A DNA stretch of 64,000 nt from Mobula hypostoma (Eukaryota): contig NC_086118.1 of assembly GCF_963921235.1 (NCBI RefSeq), positions 19,098,001 through 19,162,000 on the forward strand, in the 5' to 3' direction. Position numbers and translations under genes: made by a program. The notes beneath the pieces were generated by a model. It saw only the letters and a list, made by a program, of their open reading frames with translations. It did not search any database and was not told the origin of the DNA. The first letter of the stretch is position 1. Each line of letters starts with the position of its first letter. Shown here in pieces: positions 39,004 through 51,945 of this stretch.

Positions 39004-39698
39004 AATGGACAGAGGGCACCGGATATGCCTACAACCATCCAAAAACATATGATGCATTTCTTGACTACTTCCACAACTTCAGCGTCAGATTTCAGACTTT
39101 CGTAACTTGTGAAGTCCTTTTTACAGTGCGACTTAAAGGGGATTTCCCGAAGCAAGTTCCAAACTGACAGATACTTTTTCAGTAATCCCCACAATACCTC
39201 CCTGTAAGCTGTGGCAACTCCCTTCTCCCTAGGCTCACAACCTTTTCCAAACAATAACTACTCCCAGTGAGCTGCTGCTCAGACAATCCCAATAGCCAAC
39301 ACATCACCAACCACCATCAAGTCCAGACCCATGATCACAGGCCTCAACCAACAATTGCACTTCTGACTTAGTCACCTGAGTGACGACTAAACCCAGCTAT
39401 CAGTCTGGGCCTCAATGCACCCTGCCGACTTTGGACCAAGCAACACTACTCCAACCAGTTTGATTCTGATCATTCCCCATTAGACCTAGTTGTTTTTCTG
39501 CTTTGAATCAATCGCCCAGTCACCAACCATTCATCCTGTCCCCCAGTGTAACTGATTACATTGCCATGTTGGGTCAAAATAAAACCTTATCCTTGTGCCT
39601 GTGGTGTGATTCAACCAAGGCTCTGCAGGTAGCTTCACCATAATGCCATGACTGGAATAGAAATGGCTTGCTAGATTTTCTGTGATTCATTGTATATC

Positions 39699-39716
39699 CA
39701 CACACACACACACACA

Positions 39717-39774
<58 letters not shown>
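39699..39774 (+). repeat. (CA)n microsatellite, ~38 units, one interruption
   Basis: Direct inspection. Confidence 0.99.
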
Positions 39775-39775
<1 letters not shown>

Positions 39776-41067
39776 CAATTCTTCATAGAAATCATTCATT
39801 GCATAATGCAGATATTTTACATTCTACTCTACGGATTATAATACAACTCTAATCTTCCAACTGTTGATAAAAATCTCAGGGTGATTTAGCCACAGCTTTA
39901 ACAAAATGGCACATTCCACTTGTTCATGTTAAAAATTACAAATGGATAATTTTAATGTACGTGTGCGTTCTTTGCTCTGATTCTAAATAGTTCAGGTTAT
40001 CATGAAGAAATTTTTTTTTTAAATGTATGTTTATTCAACCCTAACTAAACTGAGCATGCATTCATATGCAAAATATTTACATGCACTGTAATAGTTACTG
40101 AGTATAATGAAATTGGAGGACCAGTTTCATGAAACTTCATCATGTAAGGATAGCTTTGACAAAGAACACCATGGTTTAAATAAGGAAGATAAAGTATAAG
40201 ACTTGTTGGGAAACAATAAGCAATTGAAGTAGCTGCTCACTCAGTTCAATCAGTTAGTCTAGAGCCAAATTCTACTCTGAATATGATTACTTTTGTATCT
40301 ATTAACTTTCAAATGATGTGATAATTTTGAGCTTATTAATTATTTTCAAGTGAATGCTAATCATCGGTGTAATAAATATCAGACCCAAATAGGGCTGTAA
40401 TCTTACACCTTATCTAATATTTCCAGCCGATAATTATAAAGTTCAGCAAAGCTTATTAACAGTTTTATAATTCATCTCTCTGGGCGAAGCACTGTAATTA
40501 CGACCTCTCTTGAAGCACAATGTACAGATTGGCAGCTGGTACACATCAACAAATATTGGAAAGAAGAACACTGAAAAAGGTATACTACACGCAAATATTA
40601 GCTAATAATTTACAAATGGTAGGATTAGCAAATAGTATAGCATCAACAAATATAATAAATTATATACCAGAAAGACATATTTGCAGACAGAATATGACAA
40701 ACAATCTTACTTGCAAATAATTGCCAAGTATAAGGCCATCAGTGTAGGCATATAGTACATCACCATCAAGTAAGCAACTACCCTCCATTCAAAGGAAATA
40801 AATATTAATAATTACACGGGATGATTTGCTTTTGGAGTTCACAGCAACAAAAAAAAAATCTGCCGTAAAGCCATTAAGTACTCAAAACTGGTGTCATAAA
40901 AACTCCATATTACTGTTGTAAACTTGATGAACAAACTTTCCTGAGTATTTCATATTTGCAGTTTTATTGCTTAGAGTTTTAATATCAGCTATTTATGGAT
41001 AATCCTCCAAAAAAAAGACATTTATTCCTGTTGCATCAGTGAACAAAGCCATTGCCCAGGATAGAAC

Positions 41068-41346
41068 AGCACAGTAGTATAGTGGTTTGCACAATGTTTT
41101 GCAGTACCAGTGACTCAGATTCATTTCCCCGCTGCCGTCTGTAAGGAGTTTCTATGTTTTTCCTGTGACCACGTGTGTGTTTCCTCCTGATGCCCTGGTT
41201 TTCTCTCACAGTCCAAAGACGTACCGGTTATTAGGCTAATTTGTCATTGTAGATCATCCCGTGATTAGGCCAGGGTTAAATCAGTGTTGCTGGGCAGCAT
41301 AGTCTGAAGGGCAGGAAGGGTCTATTCTGCACTGTGTCTCAATAAT
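41068..41346 (+). mobile_element. tRNA-derived SINE of HE1/V-SINE type
   Basis: A-box-like tagtatagtgg; core ctgtaaggagttt..gtgacc..tttcctcc..cacagtccaaagacgtaccggtt; LINE-like 3' end ending aataa. Confidence 0.8.
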
Positions 41347-43069
41347 TAAAGAATTTTAAAAGGTTATGTTCTAGCATAATTGAAGATTTAGCCTTTTATT
41401 TACATCATGCTGTTGGTTACTCCCTGCTGGCAATAATGTCATTTACAGTTTTCCCATTAGAGAAGAAAAATAGTCAAAGCTCCTATTCCAGATGAATAAT
41501 TTTCCAGAGAGATCTTTATCTTCCAGAAGCTGTCAACTTGAAGTCCAAGCTATGCTAATACATACATAAATTTGATTATGATCCAGTGATCTGAGTTGAA
41601 AACAGTTGCTACCAAATGGGGTTAGATTAAGTGATCAGAAACTTGATCAAAAATAGGAGCTGTTTAAGGACAGTTAAATGACATGGGAGAGCTAGAATCA
41701 CCAAATGTTTTGGGCAGGGAAGTTGTGAAGCTATGGATCAACACAGTTGAAGGAGGGTCCCCAAACCTTGGCCAACACTTACTACTGTGAATAGAAAACA
41801 AAGAATGTCCAGTAGCTTAGCTTTCAGTAGGTGCCTTAGTGCAATATTTCAATATGAGTTAGAAGATAATACGAACTTGTGAGAGAAGTAAGAAATTGGA
41901 AATAAATGATGGGAGATATATTTTAGCTTTGGAATCAAGACCATTAATAAGGAAAGAAAATTAATATGTCCAAATGAAGTGTTTCAGTCTAAAACATCAA
42001 CTGTCCATTTCGGTACACTGATGGTGCCTGGCCTGCCAAGTTTCTCCAGCATTTTGTTGATTGTTCTAGATTCCAATATATGAATTTATATGGGTTCTGT
42101 TGTCATCTGCCCATGAATATTCCTTCAGTTGTGTAACATATTGCAGAGTTTGTTGGAATTATCTGGTAAGAAACAGTAAATTGGAAGTGTATCTGGCCAT
42201 CCATCAATCAGTTTAAATGATGTAGCTACACTGATATACTGCCTACTTGGTGATTTGCAAAACAGTACCAAACACCTATTTTCACAATGCTGTCACTTTT
42301 AAGCAGAAGTCATATTTCTATATTGATTAAACCTGAGCATAAACATCTAAGTTGGCATTATTTTTGTAAGAAAGGAATGAGATCTATTTTCTCCGTAAGT
42401 AAATATTCAAAACAAAATGAAACCACTAGTTTCTTCTCACTTTGACTTTCTATAAACTTGGTCTACATTAATCCTGTCACTAGAATTATATTTTATGCTG
42501 TTAACAGTGCTGTCTGTAATAACAGCACCTTACTCAGTTTTCTACAGAGCTAAAAAGCATTGAGGTGCAGCTACTGTAATGTCAATAAAGGTACCAAAAG
42601 TATCCCCCAGTGTTACAACTCACTTACAAATCTTAATGAAATCCAGAGATTAGATAGCATATTCTAACCTCAACAACACTTTTATTTCCCTGCTGACTAG
42701 TAGAATATTAATTTAAAATCTATTGGATGTTTGATATCTGAGGCTGGAAGTTATTTTCAACTGAGCTGCCTGGGTGTTATCTGGCAGACTAAGTGGCATT
42801 AGCAATCACTTCCGAGCAAAACTGCACTCATTGAGAAATTGGGCCGGACATTTTTTTTGGTGCACAATCATCATAGTATGACTGACAATATCTTGACGTC
42901 GGTCCCTATCACAAGTCATGCACAGTGCATTCATTCACTTGCCAGAAGTTATTGGAGCTTTTGGGTGCTGACTATGTCACCAGAATCTAGTAGGTGGCCA
43001 CCTGGTTCATTCCTGATACTTCAATTATTCACAGTCTGACCTGCTAATTTACAGGCAAGTGCTCTCAGT

Positions 43070-44020
43070 ATTATGGTTAACTTTGCTGATGATGGAAAGG
43101 TAGTGGGAAACAGCTTACAAGGAGGATGCAAAAATCTGTTAAGGGATTATGGAAAGGTTAAGTAAATAGTCATTTATTTTGGTATTAGGAACCGAAAAAT
43201 AAAATACTGCTTCAGTAGAGATAAAGCACAGAATATAATACACAGGAAGTTCATGTACAGTTAAAGCAAGTAATTAGGAAAGTCAATGTAATGTTGATTT
43301 TATTGCAAGGTGATGGGATATAATCAAAGGGGAGTGTTGCTTTAGCTGGAAGAATACCACACTTGGAGTACTGCTTACAATTTTGGAATCCTTACTTAAG
43401 ATAAAAGGTATAGCACCTGCTTATCACCACCCCCTCCCCCACCAGATCAGACGCCATGGGAGCAGGTGGTGGATGGTCATATGAGCAGCTGCTGCATATC
43501 ACAAGCCCTGGTTATGCGACCACTGACGCCAGGAAGACTATCTCTTAAGATTTTGACATTGGCTGGGGTGTCCCATCTTGGAAAGGCACAGCCCAGAAGA
43601 AGGCAATGGTAAACCGCTTCTGTAGAAAAAATTGCCAAGAACAATCATGGTGACGGAAAGACCATGATCGCCCACATCATATGACATGGCACATAATGAA
43701 TGGGTGGACTTAAGAAGGGGCATATTTGCAACAGGAAGTTCAGAAAATAATCACTGCACTGAAGAGGAAAGATTGAATATATCAGGCCTGTACTCACTGG
43801 ACTTTAGAAGAATGAAGTGATCTTATTAAAAGATGAAAGATCCTGAGGGGGCTTGGTAATGTGAATGAATTCTCTGCCTCAGAGCTGTGTGGTAGTTTAA
43901 TTGTTGAAGGTAATCAAAGCTGAGATGGCAGGTTTTTGGTTGAAAGGAAAGGCAAGGGTTATGAGAACAAGTGAAGAAGTGGAGCTGGGAACAAGAGCCA
44001 GGTTCTTCCTCGGCTTGATG
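43070..44020 (+). mobile_element. Old CR1 fragment interrupted by a short retroposon
   Basis: tttgctgatgat (FADD), ccacacttggagtactg (PHLEYC), agaagaatgaagtgatcttatt remnants. Confidence 0.65.
43402..43707 (+). mobile_element. RTE-type short retroposon (putative)
   Basis: 8-bp TSD acttaaga (43394-43401, 43708-43715); ggcaatggtaaaccgcttctgt motif of RTE/BovB-related SINEs. Confidence 0.6.
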
Positions 44021-45467
44021 GGCTTATTGGTCCACCTCCTGCTCTTATTTCTTATGTTTTTGACAAAACAGTTAATACTGAAGGTCAGGCAACATCAATG
44101 GAGGGAGAACAGCATCAACTCTTAAGCTTCATCAAAATTGGAAAAGTGAAAAGAGTTTACTTTGCAGGCAAGGACAGGGGTGCATTGATATTGTATAGAT
44201 CTAGCTTGCTCTTGTGGACAATGGAGTTACTCTGTGTGTGGTCATCCTGTCAGCATGAGCTTTCTCTTTAAAACGGAGGAGGCCACGTTGTGAGGACCAA
44301 GCGCAATGCTCAATTTTAGAAGGAGCGAATCATGGTATTTTTTGGGTCACTGCGCAGTGGGAAACGATAACAGGGCAATAACCATAGTTGTATGGGAATG
44401 TCCTGTGAGAAGTAGAGTGGAGGTGTTGACTAAACAGTCAGAAGTATGAAAGGGGAGAGGAGGGGAAGGTATGCCTGAAGGTGCTTTTGTAATCACTGAA
44501 TACTTACAAAATAACTAAGAGTACATGGTGCTGTAATAAGACATAATTTAAAGGGTCTAAATCAACAGCTTGCATCTGAAAGCCCCCAGGATAATGGAGG
44601 CAGAATTGGCAGTTCACTGTGCACAATGTATTTATACAAATCACTTCAGAGCTGCAAACAGCAGTCCCTCAATCATCTCATAGTGACATGGGGCTACTCA
44701 CAGTGTAGAGGTTGATCAGAACAATCTATCAGCTGAAGTAGTCTGGACTCATGGATGATTGCTATGTTCCCTTTCTTCTACACTTCTCTCTTCTTCCATT
44801 GTGAGCATTTATGTATGTAGCTCAACAGTGGATGCCCTGGGGAAAGAATTTTAAAGTCCAGTAACCAGTGGGGTATCGATGCAGGAATCTCTTCATGCAG
44901 CTCTCAATGGTAACTGTGAAGACGCATGATCCCATCTGCAAAATGATCTCCTGTCTTTGCCCAGTTTCACCAGTCTTAGCTGGTGATCTGATTGGGAATT
45001 ACTATATGTTTAGGGTAAAAACGAGAGTCAGATATTTCTGAAGGGAGTCAAAATGAGACATCATTGAGCTGAGAGAAGAATGATACTCCATCAATTTCAA
45101 GGGAATCCGCAGATCAAAGCATATTAACACCAGTACCACAGTGAAGATCCCAGAGTGTGCAAAGTCCATGACTAGTTAAATTTGTAATATTTGTAAGCAT
45201 CTTACAACAAATTAATTTTGTTTTTAAAAACAAACTGGAAAATTATATATATAATATTGGCTATGAATAATAATTATCATTTTAAGGCCCAATGTTTAGG
45301 ATTGTGACATGTGACCTCTACTCTGTGGGTGCAACAATATTGATAGATTATTCCAAAGAATTACTTTATAAGGAGCTATCCGATAAACTATGAAACTTAG
45401 TTTGAGATCTTCTGTTTTATGAATAATCTATATACTCTGCAGCAGATATTGTTTGGGGTTAAGATAT

Positions 45468-46350
45468 CATTCAAAGATTCAAAGCACATTTATTATCGTA
45501 GTATGTACACAGCATACAATCCTGAGGTTCATCTTTCCACAGACAGCCTCGAAACAAACAAGAACCATGGAACCCATTAAAAAAAATCAACTTCCCCCCA
45601 CCATGCACAAAAAAAATTGCACAAGTGGCGACAAAAAAAAGAGCGAAAAACACAGAATAGAAAACACAAAATCGAAAGAATCCAGACATATTTCAGTTCA
45701 GCTTAGTGTCTGTTAACTGCAGGCTGCCCCGATTCAAAATCATCCAAAACAGCAACAAAAAAATGAGCGACCAGAAGCTGGAAACACAACATACGTGAAA
45801 TATAGAGTCCAACCGACAAACCACGTTGATTAAACCTTTCTCCGGCACTATCCTATAACAGCATCAAGGGAGAGAGAGATCATTCAAATGCAAAGACCTT
45901 ACCTTGGGAGCAGCAAGCAAGAGGGAGAGAGAGAGAGAGACCATCACACGCAGACCCCTTCTGGCAGCAGCCAACAAGAGGCTGGCAGACAGAGCTGAAC
46001 GCTTGCTCATCATTCCACAGTTACCTCGATGATGTCAATCTCCCTCAGCACACTAATCAGCGAGATTGATGAGGAATGGAGTCGATCTAGGCTTCTTAGT
46101 CTCCAGGCCCCATGTTTCATTTACAGCCACATGGAACCCTCACGGAGACAACAAAGCGCCAGATTGCTCAATCGGCTTGAAAACGCACCGTCAAAATACA
46201 GATCACAAGTACAGAAGAGTAGGTCACGGGCTCCAACAGTAGGTCACCGTAGCAGAAACACATTTGAAAGAAAAGGAAGATGTAAGAGAAGTAAAAGAAG
46301 TAGCTTTATGAGCAGTCTGGAGAATATCACCCTTTAGCATTGTTCACCAT
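45468..46350 (-). mobile_element. Non-autonomous LINE-derived repeat with (tttgaatc)n tail
   Basis: attcaaagattcaaagcacatttattatc end, like other minus Rex/L2-type tails; no coding motifs. Confidence 0.6.
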
Positions 46351-47954
46351 TTTCACCATGCACTAGTTCATACTACCTTTCAAATTAAACACTTCCCCAC
46401 CTTAAAAAAAATATATCCTGGTTCCATCCATGTTACAGGATCTATCTCTTGGAACCCCCTGACTCAGCAGCATTGTGGAAGTGTTTTCACTAGAACTGCA
46501 GCAGTTCAAAAAACTGGCTCACAGAATAAGAATCAATCAGAATCAGGTTTATTATCACTAACATATGTGATGGAATGTGTTGACTGTAATTTGCATAAAC
46601 ATTAAATAGTGCAAAACTAAAAAAGGGGGTAACATTCATGGACCATGCAGAAATCTGATGACAGATGGGTAAAAGCTCTTCTGAAAACATTGTATGTGTG
46701 TTATTTTCTCCTTCTCAAATTAATTAGAGATAGACAGCAGAGACCCATCTTGCCAGTCATGCCCATATCTCCCCCAAAAACGAGCAAGCCAGAATGTTCG
46801 TTCTACCCTTATTAGATGAAGCCACCTTTAGCAGAGAATCTTCTAGGCTGTTAGAAAACTTTGCCCAGTTTATACAACCTAAGCTTTCTGTGATGTCAAA
46901 AACCATCAAAATCAAACTTATAAAGCAGCATTTCTTCTTATCGTTGCTTGGTTGTACTCTTTTTGTTTGTTGACTTCACAAGACAAATATTTGAGGTGTC
47001 ATTGTATGTATTTATTTCTGTCATACACCATTCCTGTTCATGCTTTTAAGTGGCAAATAAAGGGATAATCATTTAAATTCAATGCTCTAACAGATTTATT
47101 TATGAGCCAATTTTGTCTGTTCTTACAATTTATTTATGATTAATAATTAATATTCATAAATAAATCCAGTCATGAAAATTTATCGCTGTTCAAAAATTGA
47201 ATCATAATCATCATGACATAATTAATGTGAAATTGTAACTTGGAATCCTTACTGAGTAGAAGATTAACATTGGGCATCCATTCTCCAATTTGAGTTATTG
47301 ATCACTAAATAAGTTTACCAAGTTGGTTTGCCTTAGATGCTAAGAACCTTCGAGGTGACAAGATGGTGTCTTATGCTGAAATGCTGCTTTAGCAGATATT
47401 CCAGTGAAAGAAGCTATAGTTTATGCTGGGAATAGCTACCCAGAGGTTCATTAAACAGCTGATTGCCACTTAAATTACCAGGTATTGCTCAGACATCACA
47501 CCATTTAGGAGGATAGTGGTTGGCATAATGCTTTCTCCTGGGGATGACCAGTTGATGAGTGTAAACTATCACTGCAGAGAAATTCCAGTGCTATATTTAC
47601 TGTTCACTTACTGCTGGAAGTTTGAAAGAAACTTTTAAAGGATATCAGGAAGCAGTTCTATGATACTTTATTCAGGAAATTCTCTCATGAAGATGCATAA
47701 ATGAGTGAGTACTATTGTATACTACAATTATTAGACAGATAATTGCAACAATGTTACAAGGCCAGTGACATTGCAGAAATCATCAAGGATAACCCAACAT
47801 GTATTTATTCATTCCTCTGACGTCACATTTTTCCTTCTTCTCACAATATTTTCCAATTTTCAAGACAGTATGATCATGCCCCTCTAATCTGACCCTCGCT
47901 GATCAAGGGTAATAGATGGGTGAGCTTCCATACACAATGAAAAAAAAACACAGA

Positions 47955-49385
47955 TAAAAAGGAGGGAGAGAGAAACCGGGGAATTATAGGCCGGTTAGCC
48001 TAACGTCGGTGGTGGGGAAACTGCTGGAGTCAGTTATCAAGGATGTGATAACAGCACATTTGGAAAGCGGTGAAATGATCGGACAAAGTCAGCATGGATT
48101 TGTGAAAGGAAAATCATGTCTGACGAATCTCATAGAATTTTTTGAGGATGTAACTAGTAGAGTGGATAGGGGAGAACCAGTGGATGTGGTATATTTGGAT
48201 TTTCAAAAGGCTTTTGACAAGGTCCCACATAGGAGATTAGTGTGCAAACTTAAAGCACACGGTATTGGGGGTAAGGTATTGGTGTGGGTGGAGAATTGGT
48301 TAGCAGACAGGAAGCAAAGAGTGGGAATAAACGGGACCTTTTCAGAATGGCAGGCGGTGACTAGTGGGGTACCGCAAGGCTCAGTGCTGGGACCCCAGTT
48401 GTTTACAATATATATTAATGACTTGGATGAGGGAATTAAATGCAGCATCTCCAAGTTTGCGGATGACACGAAGCTGGGTGGCAGTGTTAGCAGTGAGGAG
48501 GATGCTAAGAGGATGCAGGGTGACTTGGATAGGTTGGGTGAGTGGGCAAACTCATGGCAGATGCAATTTAATGTGGATAAATGTGAAGTTATCCACTTTG
48601 GTGGCAAAAATAGGAAAACAGATTATTATCTGAATGGTGGCCGATTAGGAAAAGGGGAGGTGCAACGAGACCTGGGTGTCATTATACACCAGTCATTGAA
48701 AGTGGGCATGCAGGTACAGCAGGCGGTGAAAAAGGCGAACGGTATGCTGGCATTTATAGCGAGAGGATTCGAGTACAGGAGCAGGGAGGTACTACTGCAG
48801 TTGTACAAGGCCTTGGTGAGACCACACCTGGAGTATTGTGTGCAGTTTTGGTCCCCTAATCTGAGGAAAGACATCTTTGCCATAGAGGGAGTACAAAGAA
48901 GGTTCACCAGATTGATTCCTGGGATGGCAGGTCTTTCATATGAAGAAAGACTGGATGAACTGGGCTTGTACTCGTTGGAATTTAGAAGATTGAGGGGGGA
49001 TCTGATTGAAACGTATAAGATCCTAAAGGGATTGGACAGGCTAGATGCGGGAAGATTGTTCCCGATGTTGGGGAGGTCTAGAACGAGGAGTCACAGTTTG
49101 AGGATAGAGGGGAAGCCTTTTAGGACCGAGATTAGGAAAAACTTCTTCACACAGAGAGTGGTGAATCTGTGGAATTCTCTGCCACAGCAAACTGTTGAGG
49201 CCAGTTCATTAGCTATGTTTAAAAGGAAGTTAGATATGGCCCTTGTGGCTACAGGGGTCAGGGGGTATGGAGGGAAGGCTGGGTTCTGAGTTGAATGATC
49301 AGCCATGATCATAATAAATGGCGGTGCAGGCTCGAAGGGCCGAATGGCCTACTCCTGCACCTATTTTCTATGTCTATGTCTATGT
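47955..49385 (+). mobile_element. Young CR1 (copy 3), 5'-truncated, uninterrupted RT domain
   Basis: Open frame KKGGREKPGNYRPVSLT..DFQKAFDKVPH..GVPQGSVLGP..FADD..to stop 49289; (tctatg)n tail. Confidence 0.97.
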
Positions 49386-50199
49386 TATAACTTGGATAGA
49401 GTTAACATGGAGAGGACGTTTAACTTGGTAGGAAACCTAGGATCTGAGAGCACAACCTCAGAATACAAATGAGAAGAGGATGAATTTCTTCTGCCGGGGG
49501 AGGTGAATCTGTAGAATTTACTACCACAGGCACTGCTGAGGTCAAGTCTGGGTCTATTTCAGGCAGAGGTTGATCGCTTCTTGATTGGAAAGGGGTTTAA
49601 GCACTATGGGATAGGCAGGAGAATGGCTTGGAATAAAATCAGCCATGATTGAATGGTGAAATCCCAAAACTGTTGCTATATCTATGGTCTTAGGTTCTTA
49701 TAATGCAAAGAAAATATCAACCGTAACTAAAGGAATTAGAAGTGCAACACAGTGCTCTATTTATTGTTTATTAAAATAATATTATGTTGCTTTTATTGAT
49801 TTGCTTGCCCTTTTTTGTAAAATTTGTCTGCAGTACTTGTCAAAACAACTTATCATACAAAATTATGCCATTATGCTGCTTTATGTAATCTAGCAATGTT
49901 AAAACACTAATTGAACATTCCATTGTTGCTTTGTCCTCATCCAATGCCTGTGCATTGATTTTCAGAATCAGAATGAGAATCAGCTTTATTATCACTGAGT
50001 TAAATGATGTGAAACTTGTTATTTTGCAGCAGCAGTACAGTACAACGTCATAAAATTACTAAAAAATTACAAAATAAACAAGTGCACCAAAATGAAAAGA
50101 AATAATGAGACTGTGTTTATGGGTTCATGGACCATTCAGAAATCATATAGTGGAAAGGCAGTTTCTGAATCACCGAAAGCTTAATTTGGATCATTTAGA

Positions 50200-51260
50200 T
50201 CCTTGTGGGACCCCAGTTAGTACAGACTGACAATAACATCTCCTCCACATTCACCAACAGTAGAGGTGCACCATAGAGCTGTGTGCTTAACCCCTGTGTT
50301 CTACCCATTTTATAATTATGACTGTGTGGCTACGTACAGCTCCAATGCTGTATTTCAGTCTGCAGATACCACCGCTGTTACTGGCCGAATCAAAAGTGGG
50401 CTTTGGATCAGCATATAGGAAGGTAGATTGAAAATCTGGTTTAATGCTGCCACAATAATCTTTCCTTCCACATCAGCAAAACCAAAGAGTTGATTATCGA
50501 CTATAGGAAGAAGGCGGTGGAAGCCAGTGAGCTAGTCCACATTTTGAAACTGAGGTGGCGAAGGTCAATAGCTTTAAATTCCTTTGCATCAACATGTCAG
50601 AGGATCTCTCGGACCAGCACGTAAATGCCATCACAAAGAATGCTCAGCAGCGCCTCTACATTCTTAGAGGTTTACATAGATTCATCGTATCACCAAACAC
50701 TTCGACAAACTTCTATAGTGGAACAGAAGAGAGTATCCTGACTGGTTGCATCATGGCCTGAAATGGCAATGCCAATGTCTAGGAACAAAAAAGGATACAG
50801 GAAGTGTTGGATAGTCCATCACAGGCGAAACCCTCTCCACCTTTGAGAATATTACATAGAACACTGCCAAAAGAAAGCAGCATCCATCATCAAAGACCCC
50901 AACCTGGGGTAGGAAGAACAGAAGTCTCGGGTCTCACACCACCAGATTCAGGAACAGTTATTATCGTACAAGCAGCAGGTTCCTGAACCAGTGTGGATAA
51001 TTTTATTGACCATAACATTCAACTGATTCTACAAATGGTGGACTTACATTCAAGGTTTCTTTATGACTTATATTCCCAGTATTATTTTGTATTTGAACAG
51101 TTTGACTTCTTTTGCACATCAGCGTTTGTCAGTCTTTGTCTATTTATAGTTTTTGATAAAATTCAATTGTGTTTTTTTTTCCTTGTATATGCCATCAAGA
51201 AAACGGATCTCAAGGTAACATCTATGACCTTTGATAATAGATTTACTTAGAACTTTGATT
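50200..51260 (+). mobile_element. Degenerate Rex/Babar LINE
   Basis: VNSFKFLCINMSEDLS..KNAQQRLYILRGL..ESILTGCIMA; ends tacttagaactttga. Confidence 0.8.
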
Positions 51261-51264
51261 AAGT

Positions 51265-51945
51265 GTGAGTCTTCAGACTCTGTATCCCTCCCTGATGGTG
51301 AGGATCTTCTTGAGGCATTGTTTCTTGATGGTAGGGAGGCTTGTGCTGGCCAAGTCTGCAACCCTTTGTATTCACTGATACTCCTGCACATTGCAGCCTC
51401 ATTACCAGGTTGTAGTGCAACCAGTCAGAAAGCTCTCCTTCGTAAATCTACAGAAATTTGCAGCAGTCTTTGTTGACATACCAAATCTCCTTAAACTCTT
51501 AACGAAGTATAACCACTGGAATGTCCAACATGATGTGTTGGCCCCAGGGGAGATCCACGAGATACTGTCACTCAGGAACATGAATCTGCGCACCATTTTC
51601 AACACCGACCAAAGGACTACTGTGTATTCTCCTGCCTTCCCCTTCCTGAAGTCCACAATCAATTCCTTTTTCTTGCTGATGCTGAGTGTGATGTTGTTGT
51701 TGCGGTATCACTCAACCAGCAGATCTACCTTACAGCTGTATACCTCTCTGTTGATTCCGAGGCTCTACCAACAACAGCGATATCATCTGTAAATTTTTAG
51801 ATTGAACATGTGCTGTGCTGTGCCATACAGACAGGAGTATAGAGGCATAGATCAGCGGGTTAACATGCATCCTTGAGGTGCACCTGCATTGATTATCAGT
51901 GAGGAGGAGATGTTTTCACCAATATGTACCGATTGTGGTCATCTG
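51265..51945 (-). mobile_element. Degenerate Rex/Babar LINE fragment
   Basis: IVDFRKGK..YFVKSLRRFGMSTKTAANFCRFTKESFLTGC. Confidence 0.8.

Noticed and set aside
38739..39254. 171-aa minus ORF and 84-aa plus ORF
   Set aside because: Both cross a Penelope repeat insertion, and the flanking peptide is not recognisable.
39574..39795. Cys/Val-rich ORF
   Set aside because: Translation of the (CA)n microsatellite.
48009..49289. 426-aa RT ORF as a functional host gene or prokaryotic RT system (retron/DGR/group II intron)
   Set aside because: It is a 5'-truncated CR1 ORF2 with a CR1 3'UTR and tail, no endonuclease and no true start; the context is a vertebrate repeat landscape.
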